Assembly (NCBI GenBank): GCA_041288095.1 | Contig: JBGGMJ010000212.1 | Location: 10,415 to 74,414 of the forward strand | DNA from: Myxococcota bacterium | GTDB lineage: Bacteria > Myxococcota > XYA12-FULL-58-9 > JALHOP01 | Reading direction: 5' to 3' | DNA: 64,000 bases | Part shown: piece by piece, positions 28,704 through 36,349 of the stretch | Position numbering within the stretch: the stretch's first letter is position 1 | How the letters are laid out: each line of letters starts with the position of its first letter | Notes under the pieces: generated by a model | What the model was told of the DNA's origin: nothing | Database searches by the model: none | Seen by the model: only the letters and a program-made list of their open reading frames with translations | Made by a program: the position numbers and the translations under genes

Positions 28704-30929
28704 ATGGACACCCGCCTCCGCCGCTCCCATACCCACCGCCACTACCTCTCTTCCGCGCCGCACCAAGGCGGTATCCAGCAGGCGGCGACCCGGCACTTCT
28801 ACGATCACACAGCGGCCAAGCAGGCCTCGCATAGCCGCCATTTCCCCGACGCGACCTTTGGCCATCTCAGCAAGCGGCCGATTCCCGGCGTCAGCGCCGC
28901 TCTCGCCCAGAACCCGGCGAGCGAGCTGGCTCTGCACGGCGCGAGCCTGGCGTTCGCTCCCGAGCCGCCGAAGAAGCCGGCCATCGGCAAATGGGGCTTC
29001 GATACCGACGGCATGGACCTCGCCGTCAAAGCCGGCGACGACTTCAACCGTCACGCCAACGGCATTGCCCTCGACAAGACCGAGATCCCGGCCGACGCCA
29101 ACTCGATGGGCGCCTTCATCCGCTTGCGCGACCTGTCGACCCAGCGCACCCGCGACATCGTCGAGTCCCTCGCAAAAGCCGAGAGCTCCGAGGGCAGCGG
29201 CGAGCGCAAGGTACGCGACCTCTACGGCAGCTTCATGGACGTCAAAACCATCGAGGCCGCCGGTGTGAAGCCCTTGGCGCCCGAGCTCGAGCTCATCGCC
29301 GGCATCAAGAGCTCGCAAGACATCGCCCGCGTCATGGCGCAGCTGTCACGCACCGGCGCCACCCCCTTCGGCTTGTCCATCGGCCCCGACAGCAAGAAGC
29401 CTACCGAATACATCGCCGGCTTCTCGCAAGGTGGCCTGGGCCTCCCCGACCGCGACTTCTACCTCGAGAAAGACCCGCGCAGCGTCGAGCTCCAGGGCAA
29501 ATACAAGCAGCACATCGCCAACATGTTGAAGCTCGCCGGGGTCGCTGACGCCGACACCCGCGCGCAGAAGATCTACGACCTCGAGCACAAGATGGCCGAG
29601 GTCCACTGGTCGAACGTCGACTCGCGCGACGCCGAGAAGACCTACAACAAATGGACGCGCGCCGACTTCGACAAGCTCGCGCCCGGCGTCGACTGGAACG
29701 CCTACCTGGGTGGCATCGGCGTCGGCAAAGAGAGCCACTTCATCGTCGGCCAACCGTCCGCGATCGCGGGCATGGCGAAGCTCGTTGCCGCCGAGTCGGT
29801 CGACACCTGGCGCGACTACCTCACCTTCCACCTCATCAAGGGTGGCGCGCCGCTGCTCCCCAAGGCCTTCGTCGACGAAGACTTCGCCTTCTCCGGGAAG
29901 ATCCTCGCCGGCAAGCCCGAGCAAGGCGAGCGCTGGAAGCGCGGCGTGGCGTTGACCTCGAACGCTCTCGCTGACGTGATCGCGCAGCACTACGTCGCCA
30001 AGCACTTCACGCCCGAGACCAAGGCGCGCATGGAGAAGATCGTCAAGGACGTGGTCGCCGCCATGGACGCGCGCCTCGACGAGGTGCCGTGGATGGCCAA
30101 GGAGACCCGGAAGAAAGCCAAGGAGAAGCTCGCGTCCTTCAAGGCGATGATCGGCTACCCCGACACCTGGCGCGACTACGGCAAGCTCACCATCGAGCCG
30201 GGCCAGGCCTACGCCAACATGCAGCGTGTCGCCGAGGGCGAGCACCAGCGCAACCTCGACAAGCTCGGCCAGCCGATCAATCGCGGCGAGTGGTTCATGA
30301 CGCCGATGACCGTGAACGCCTACGCGGATCCGAGCGTCAACGTCATCTGCTTCCCCGCGGCGATCTTGCAGCCGCCGTTCTTCGATCCCAACGCCGACGA
30401 CGCGGTGAACTACGGCGCCATCGGCGCGGTCATCGGTCACGAGATCGGCCACCACTTCGACGATCAAGGGCGCAAGTACGACGCCGAGGGCCGTCTGACC
30501 GACTGGTGGCTGCCGTCGGACGTGAAGAACTTCAAGGCGATCACCGACAAGGTGGTGGCGCAGTACGGCGCCTTCGAGCCGTTGCCCGGCGTCAAAGTCA
30601 ACGGCGAGCTGACCCTGGGCGAGAACATCGGCGACCTCACTGGTCTCGATCTCGCCTACGATGCGTATCGCGCGTCGCTCAACGGGAAACCGGCCCCGAT
30701 CATCGACGGCACCACCGGCGGCCAGCGCTTCTTCCTGGGCTTCGCGCAGGTATGGCGCACCAAATACCGCGAGAAGGCGCTACGCAACCTCCTCGCCACC
30801 GACCCGCACTCGCCGGGCATGGTGCGCGCCGGCAGCGTCCGCAACAGCGACGCCTGGTACGGTGCCTTCGGCGTCGAGCCGGGTGACAAGATGTACCTGC
30901 CGCCCGAGCAGCGCCTGCACGTCTGGTGA
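28704..30929 (+). CDS. M13 family metallopeptidase (neprilysin/PepO-like) with His-rich N-terminal tail
   Basis: VKAGDDFNRHANG, VNAY, NYGAIGAVIGHEIGHHFDDQG, GENIGD, DPHSP. Confidence 0.95.
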   Translation: MDTRLRRSHTHRHYLSSAPHQGGIQQAATRHFYDHTAAKQASHSRHFPDATFGHLSKRPIPGVSAALAQNPASELALHGASLAFAPEPPKKPAIGKWGFDTDGMDLAVKAGDDFNRHANGIALDKTEIPADANSMGAFIRLRDLSTQRTRDIVESLAKAESSEGSGERKVRDLYGSFMDVKTIEAAGVKPLAPELELIAGIKSSQDIARVMAQLSRTGATPFGLSIGPDSKKPTEYIAGFSQGGLGLPDRDFYLEKDPRSVELQGKYKQHIANMLKLAGVADADTRAQKIYDLEHKMAEVHWSNVDSRDAEKTYNKWTRADFDKLAPGVDWNAYLGGIGVGKESHFIVGQPSAIAGMAKLVAAESVDTWRDYLTFHLIKGGAPLLPKAFVDEDFAFSGKILAGKPEQGERWKRGVALTSNALADVIAQHYVAKHFTPETKARMEKIVKDVVAAMDARLDEVPWMAKETRKKAKEKLASFKAMIGYPDTWRDYGKLTIEPGQAYANMQRVAEGEHQRNLDKLGQPINRGEWFMTPMTVNAYADPSVNVICFPAAILQPPFFDPNADDAVNYGAIGAVIGHEIGHHFDDQGRKYDAEGRLTDWWLPSDVKNFKAITDKVVAQYGAFEPLPGVKVNGELTLGENIGDLTGLDLAYDAYRASLNGKPAPIIDGTTGGQRFFLGFAQVWRTKYREKALRNLLATDPHSPGMVRAGSVRNSDAWYGAFGVEPGDKMYLPPEQRLHVW

Positions 30930-30977
30930 CGCACAGCAGCGTGTGCCGTGAGGGCACAGCGTCTCCGAGCGTGTGTC

Positions 30978-30985
30978 GCCGATAA
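30978..30985 (+). promoter_or_regulatory. sigma28-like -10 element GCCGATAA
   Basis: Intergenic, upstream of RBS GGAG / ATG 31022; -35 element not clearly matched. Confidence 0.5.
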
Positions 30986-31021
30986 GCTCGGCTCACACCG
31001 CCGCGTAAATTGGAGACCTCT

Positions 31022-31408
31022 ATGACCTCGGAAATCAACTTCACTGGCCGCAGCGCACCGCGTGGCATCGTCGCCCCCGGACCGCGCGTCCAGCTCGGCA
31101 TCAAGCAGGGCGATAGCTTTCAGATTCGCCCCGGCGAGCCGCTCTACGTGTTCGTCCCACTGACCGTTGGCACGAATTTCAGCTTTGCACAGATGGAGAA
31201 GAGCGCTTTCTCCATCGGTCCGTCGCAGATGCCGCCAGGAGTCGGCACCCCCCGGATCGCGGGCGAGTGGTTCCAGATTTCAATGACGCCCGGCGTCCGC
31301 GAAGGCACGCGCGAAGAAGTGCGCCTGCAGACGAAGGCCACCCCGGAGGCCGTCGCGCACACGGCGCTGACGTTCACGCTGGTCACCGGCGGTCGCCGCT
31401 TCTACTAG
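31022..31408 (+). CDS. hypothetical protein (beta-rich)
   Basis: RBS GGAG; ORF fills the gap; no signal peptide. Confidence 0.6.
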   Translation: MTSEINFTGRSAPRGIVAPGPRVQLGIKQGDSFQIRPGEPLYVFVPLTVGTNFSFAQMEKSAFSIGPSQMPPGVGTPRIAGEWFQISMTPGVREGTREEVRLQTKATPEAVAHTALTFTLVTGGRRFY

Positions 31409-31412
31409 AGCG

Positions 31413-31952
31413 TTAGACCCTGGGCGCGGCGAGCTGTAGGGCCGCGCCATTCGCCGGGCGACCATAACGCTGGGCGAAAGCGAGCGCGCGCGTGAGGTCT
31501 GGGGTGCGCAACGAGCCCTGCTGACCCGGCGCGTTCTCCGGACAACCGGCGTTGATCCAGCGCGCGATCTCGTCGATCTGATCATCCGGCAGGTACGGAC
31601 CACCCGACGGCATACGCGCGAACATGTCACCGTCGGCGCGCAGGTAGCGAATGATGTAGGTCTCTTCGGCGCGTCCGTTTCCGCGGAGGCTCTCGTCGAT
31701 GAGCGGGAAGCGCATGTCGCCGAGCTCGACCGCGGCGCTCAGCAGCTCGTCGCGGGTGCCCCACTTGAAGCTCGGGCCGTGCACTTCGAGGTGCGGTTCG
31801 CGCTGCTGGTCGGTGTGCCAGGCGGAGATGGCGCCATCGAGGATCTGCTTGACGCGCGCGAAGCCGGGGACCGGGCCGGGCGGCGTGGCTGTCGCGGGAG
31901 CCGCCTGCGCGACTTGGACGCCGGTGCTTTGAATGCGGTCGATAGGCTGCAT
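31413..31952 (-). CDS. cytochrome c-like (planctomycete-type) domain protein lacking CxxCH
   Basis: RMPSGGPYLPDDQIDEIARWINAGCP resembles the distal-Met/C-terminal helix motif; RBS GGAG before ATG 31952. Confidence 0.6.
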   Translation of the reverse strand: MQPIDRIQSTGVQVAQAAPATATPPGPVPGFARVKQILDGAISAWHTDQQREPHLEVHGPSFKWGTRDELLSAAVELGDMRFPLIDESLRGNGRAEETYIIRYLRADGDMFARMPSGGPYLPDDQIDEIARWINAGCPENAPGQQGSLRTPDLTRALAFAQRYGRPANGAALQLAAPRV

Positions 31953-32005
31953 GAACGGACTCCAGATGAAGGCCGAAAAACGGTAAAAATGTAGGGAGCG
32001 CCTAA

Positions 32006-32033
32006 TCATCGGCGCATGGGCCCGCCTGGTGCG
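32006..32033 (-). promoter_or_regulatory. sigma28-like promoter motif CGCAC-N15-GCCGATGA
   Basis: Intergenic, oriented toward gene 31413..31952. Confidence 0.5.
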
Positions 32034-32088
32034 CGGGAACCGCGATCCGTGCCACCTAGGTTACAGCTCCAGCGTCGGTCACAATTCC

Positions 32089-32116
32089 GCGACGAACCGG
32101 CAACGTTTGCCGATGA
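32089..32116 (+). promoter_or_regulatory. sigma28-like promoter motif GCGAC-N15-GCCGATGA
   Basis: Intergenic, upstream of the four-gene operon starting at 32209. Confidence 0.6.
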
Positions 32117-32208
32117 ATTGACCCGCTAGCGGCTTCCCCATCCAGTCGCCGGTCCTCACCCACAACTCAAGGCCACGCCGCATCAAGCGATGAGCTCGAG
32201 AGGTTCAC

Positions 32209-33585
32209 GTGTCTTCACAGCTTCAAGTCAATTTCGACAATCCAGATGTTCAGGCCCGTGTCACCGCCATGCGCGGCGAAGCCCTGGAATCCGGTGTCAC
32301 GGAAGGGGAATTTGACGAGGCGCTGGGTCGCGCCAATCAGGTCGACGGTGACCGCGACCTCTTCAGCGATACCGACCTCGGCCACCTCGAGGAGGCGCTT
32401 CAAAACACCCGCCAGGCCATCGCGCTCCGGCCACCGCGCAGGGGGTTCGCGCCCCAAGCGCCGCGCCAAAGCCTCACCGAGAAGCTCGAGGAGAACCTCG
32501 AGACCAACCGCCGCACCGCCGCCACCGCTCAGCAAGCCGGCAACGGCCTGTCGGTCGATCTCGTTCGCGGCGCGGCTCCCGCCGAGCCCGTTCGTACCCC
32601 GCCGCCGGCGGCTACCGAGCATCGCCTGCTCTCGGCCAACGGCGTCACCCGCACGACCTACTGGGGTCGCGTGTCGCCCGACGGCACCGTGTTCGCCATC
32701 GGCAGCAACCGCGGCGTCAGCGCCTTCGACATTCGCGAAGGTCAAAGCAACGCGGTGCACTTCCGCCAGGGCTCGTTCGACCCGACGTTCACCAACGACG
32801 CGCTCATCTTCCAGGGCGGCGGTACGTGGCGCGCCTCGATGGATTGGCTGCGCAACAACCCCCCGGAGGAAGTGAACGGCGAGGTCCCGGGGCACGTGCA
32901 GCGCATCGGCTCGCTCGCCCTCTATCAGGACGTCGCCGCCGACGGCGCCCGCGGCATCGCGCTCGACGGCCACATGTGGACCCCCGACTCTGGCCCCAGC
33001 AAGCGTGACCCGCGAATCACCGGCTCGAAGACCGCGAGCGTCCGCTTCCATCACCTGGACTCGTTGGCCGGCGCCACCGCGCCGCAAAACGTGCAGACGG
33101 TCTCGACGCCATTCCACAGCGGCTTCCAGCTTTCGAACGACGGTAGTCACGTCGTGTCGATGATCGCGAACCCCGACGCACCGACCCAGCAGGTCGGCTA
33201 CGCCATTTACCGCGTGTCGCGCCGCGATAGCGGAGAGGTCGATCTCACGCCGGTGCGCGCCGTCTCGGGCCTGCGCGGCGGCAAGCCGAAGATGGGCGGT
33301 GACTTCGTCGCCTTCCACCACGCCGTGACCGCCGAGGACTTCGCCTCGTACGGGTTCGCTTCCGCGGACGACCCGGCGTTCCAGGAGCTGCTGCGCCAGG
33401 GCACGGCCGACATCTACGTTTACAACATGCGGGACAACACCGTGCGCCGGGCCACCAACGCCGGCGCCGGCAACCTCGCCTGGTTCCCGTCGTTCAGCCA
33501 GGACGCGCAAGGCAACTACCGCGTCCACTACTTACAACTCAACGCCGACGGCTCGCGCCGCATCATGTCGGCCCCGGTGAACTAA
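32209..33585 (+). CDS. TolB-like beta-propeller protein (copy A1), no signal peptide
   Basis: VSPDGTVFAI, ADIYVYNMRDNTVRRATN, AWFPSFSQD (PD40-like); paralog of 34957..36348. Confidence 0.75.
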   Translation: MSSQLQVNFDNPDVQARVTAMRGEALESGVTEGEFDEALGRANQVDGDRDLFSDTDLGHLEEALQNTRQAIALRPPRRGFAPQAPRQSLTEKLEENLETNRRTAATAQQAGNGLSVDLVRGAAPAEPVRTPPPAATEHRLLSANGVTRTTYWGRVSPDGTVFAIGSNRGVSAFDIREGQSNAVHFRQGSFDPTFTNDALIFQGGGTWRASMDWLRNNPPEEVNGEVPGHVQRIGSLALYQDVAADGARGIALDGHMWTPDSGPSKRDPRITGSKTASVRFHHLDSLAGATAPQNVQTVSTPFHSGFQLSNDGSHVVSMIANPDAPTQQVGYAIYRVSRRDSGEVDLTPVRAVSGLRGGKPKMGGDFVAFHHAVTAEDFASYGFASADDPAFQELLRQGTADIYVYNMRDNTVRRATNAGAGNLAWFPSFSQDAQGNYRVHYLQLNADGSRRIMSAPVN

Positions 33586-34925
33586 TGACCACCATGCAAC
33601 CCGTAGGCAGCAACACCGTCGTCGCCCGCATCAACGAGGAGCCACCCGTCGGTGGCACCGGGCCGTACAACCCGAACCCGCCGTTCGCACCCGGCCAGAT
33701 CGCGAGCGCTCCGGCGCCGAAGTGGACGCCGATCATGCAGCGCCCCGCCGCGGAGCTCGGGCTGCAAGCACCGGCTCAGCGCAGCGTGCGCGATAGCGTA
33801 CAGACCATCGCCGCGGCCGCCGCGGGCCCGAGCGACGCTTTGCCGATCAACGTGCAGAGCAGCCGGCCCTACCCCGAGCTCGGCGTCAGCGTGCAGACGC
33901 TCGCCAGCGGTCTGAACTCGGTGTGGAGCATGGCGTACGCCCCGAACGGCGACGTCTACTTCACCGAGCGTCCGGGCCGCGTGCGCCTGATCCGCGACGG
34001 CGTCGTCCAGCCGGAGCCGGTGATGAGCCTCCAGGTCGGCGGTGGCGAAGGTGGCCTCTTGGGCATGGCCCTCGACCCGAACTTCGCGCAGAACCGCAAT
34101 GCTTACCTGTACTACACGGCTTCGGGAAACCGTGAGAACCGCGTGGTCCGCGTCACTCTCGGCGCCGATGGCCGCAGCGCTGGCCCCGAGACCGTGCTGG
34201 TGTCCGGCATTCCCGCCGCGGGCAACCACAACGGCGGTCGCATCGCCTTCGGTCCCGACGGCAAGCTCTACATCACCACTGGTGATGCGGGCCGCGCTCA
34301 GAATTCGCAGTCGCTTGGCTCGCTCGCCGGCAAGATCTTGCGCGTCAACAGCGATGGCACCGCCCCCAGCGACAACCCGTTCGTAGGCCGCGAAGGCGCC
34401 GACGCGCGCATCTGGAGCTACGGCCATCGCAATCCGCAGGGGCTCGGCTGGAACAGCCGTGGCGATCTGGTGGCGAGCGAGTTCGGATCGTCGGCGAACG
34501 ACGAGATCAATCTGATCCGGCCCGGCAGCAACTACGGCTGGCCGAACGCCGAAGGCGATAGCCACGCTCCGCCCTTCACGCCGCCGCTCGCGCACGCCGG
34601 CCGCGGTCCGAGCTGGGCGCCATCGGGCAGCACCTTTTTGACCAGCGACAAGATTCCGCAATGGCGGAACAACTATTTCATGTCGATGCTCGGCTTCAGC
34701 GCCGGCGCCGCTCGCGGCGTGCAGCGCTTCGAGATCGACGAGAACAACGTCGTGCGTCGCCAGCAGAACCTGTTCCGCGACGACTTCGGTCGCGTGCGCA
34801 GCGTGAGCCAGGGTCCCGACGGCTATCTCTACATGACGACAAGCAATCTCGACGGCCGTGGCCCACGGCTGCCGGAAGGCGATCGGATCCTCCGCATCGT
34901 CCCGCTCGAGCGCGCTTCGAACTAA
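33585..34925 (+). CDS. PQQ-dependent sugar dehydrogenase (glucose/sorbosone DH, GSDH) (copy B1), Pro-rich tail instead of signal peptide
   Basis: GEGGLLG, HNGGRIAFGPDGKLYITTGD, GHRNPQG, DEINLIRPGSNYGWP; TAATG overlap with the upstream gene. Confidence 0.92.
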   Translation: MTTMQPVGSNTVVARINEEPPVGGTGPYNPNPPFAPGQIASAPAPKWTPIMQRPAAELGLQAPAQRSVRDSVQTIAAAAAGPSDALPINVQSSRPYPELGVSVQTLASGLNSVWSMAYAPNGDVYFTERPGRVRLIRDGVVQPEPVMSLQVGGGEGGLLGMALDPNFAQNRNAYLYYTASGNRENRVVRVTLGADGRSAGPETVLVSGIPAAGNHNGGRIAFGPDGKLYITTGDAGRAQNSQSLGSLAGKILRVNSDGTAPSDNPFVGREGADARIWSYGHRNPQGLGWNSRGDLVASEFGSSANDEINLIRPGSNYGWPNAEGDSHAPPFTPPLAHAGRGPSWAPSGSTFLTSDKIPQWRNNYFMSMLGFSAGAARGVQRFEIDENNVVRRQQNLFRDDFGRVRSVSQGPDGYLYMTTSNLDGRGPRLPEGDRILRIVPLERASN

Positions 34926-34956
34926 TCCATTCAGTATAATCCACTAGGAGTGTCCC

Positions 34957-36348
34957 GTGTCCGCCATCGATCAATTGACCTTCGACAGCAGCGTAGTTCG
35001 TGACCGTGTTCGCGCCATGCGCAATGAAGCAGTAACCGCCGGCGTCGAGCCCGGTGAGTTCGACGAGGCCCTCGGCCGCGCCAACGTCATCGACGGCGAC
35101 CGCGACCGTTTCAGCGAGATCGACCTCGGTACGCTCGAGCAAGCCGTCGGCGATCGCCGCCGCGACATGTCGCTGCGCCCCGGCTTCGGCCCCGGCCTGT
35201 CGTTGCCGTCGACCGCGCAAATCATCGACCGCAACCTCGAGCAGACCCGCCGCGACGCGGCGCTCGCGACCACCCTCCCCGGCCTCACCGCCGACATCGT
35301 CGCGACGGCTCAGCCGGCGCAGCCGACCTTCGGCGCCGCGCAGGCAGGCACCGAGCTGCGTAACCTCGCGGCCAACGGCATCACCAGCACCTCGTACTGG
35401 GGTCGCGTGTCGCCGAACGGCGAGATGTTCGCCATCGGCAGCAACCGCGGCGTGTCGCTCGTCGACCTGCGCCCCGGCCAGAGCAACGCCGTCCACTTCC
35501 GTCAGGGCTCGTATGACCCGACGTTCGGCGACGACGCGCTCTACTTCCAAGGTGGCGGCACCTGGCGCGTCGGCATGGACTGGCTGCGCAACAACCCGCC
35601 CGAGAACGTGACCGGCGAAGTCCCCGGTGGCGTGCAGCGCGTCACTTCGCTCGCGCTCTACCAAGACGTCATGGGCAGCGACCGTAATGGCTACGCTCTC
35701 GACGGCCACCTCTGGGCCGGCGATGCGGCGCCCAGCACGCGTGACCCGCGCGTCAGTGGCTCGGCCACCGCGAGCGTCCGCGTGCACTCGTTGAACGGTC
35801 TCGCGACCGGCACCGATCGCAACACGCAGACCATCGCGACGCCGTTCCACAGCGGCTGGCAGATGTCGCACGACGGCCGGCACATGGTGTCGCAGATCGT
35901 CGATCCGGCGAACCCGAACACCCAGCGGGGCTACGCCATCTACGGTGTCAGCCGTAGCGACAGCGGCGCGGTCGAGCTGAGCCCGGTGCGTCTCGTGTCG
36001 GGTCTGCAAGGCGGCAAGCCGAAGATGGGCGGCGACTACCTCGCCTACCACCACGCGGTCACGGCGGCGGACTTCGCGCACTACGGGTTCGCTTCGGCCG
36101 AAGACCCGGCGTTCCAGGACCTCCTGCGCCGCGGCACCGCCGACATCTATCTGTACAACATCCGTGACAACACGGTCCGTCGCGCCACCAACGCCGGCCC
36201 GGGCAATCTCGCCTGGTTCCCGTCGTTCGCGACCAACGCCGACGGCACGCTGCGCGTGGTCTACCTGCAGCGCAACACCGACGGCAGCAACCGCGTGATG
36301 TCGATCAACGCGGACGCCCCGGCGCCAGCGTCGGCTCCGGCCCAGTAA
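34957..36348 (+). CDS. TolB-like beta-propeller protein (copy A2)
   Basis: Colinear high similarity to 32209..33585; RBS AGGAG. Confidence 0.75.
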   Translation: MSAIDQLTFDSSVVRDRVRAMRNEAVTAGVEPGEFDEALGRANVIDGDRDRFSEIDLGTLEQAVGDRRRDMSLRPGFGPGLSLPSTAQIIDRNLEQTRRDAALATTLPGLTADIVATAQPAQPTFGAAQAGTELRNLAANGITSTSYWGRVSPNGEMFAIGSNRGVSLVDLRPGQSNAVHFRQGSYDPTFGDDALYFQGGGTWRVGMDWLRNNPPENVTGEVPGGVQRVTSLALYQDVMGSDRNGYALDGHLWAGDAAPSTRDPRVSGSATASVRVHSLNGLATGTDRNTQTIATPFHSGWQMSHDGRHMVSQIVDPANPNTQRGYAIYGVSRSDSGAVELSPVRLVSGLQGGKPKMGGDYLAYHHAVTAADFAHYGFASAEDPAFQDLLRRGTADIYLYNIRDNTVRRATNAGPGNLAWFPSFATNADGTLRVVYLQRNTDGSNRVMSINADAPAPASAPAQ

Positions 36349-36349
36349 G

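Noticed and set aside
32039..32054. TGGCACG on the minus strand as a possible sigma54 promoter
   Set aside because: The -12 position reads GG rather than GC.
32340..32385. EF-hand-like DGDRDLFSDTDL (and DGDRDRFSEIDL in the paralog)
   Set aside because: Spacing does not fit the canonical 12-residue loop (no Gly6, no Glu/Asp12); kept only as part of a conserved N-terminal block.
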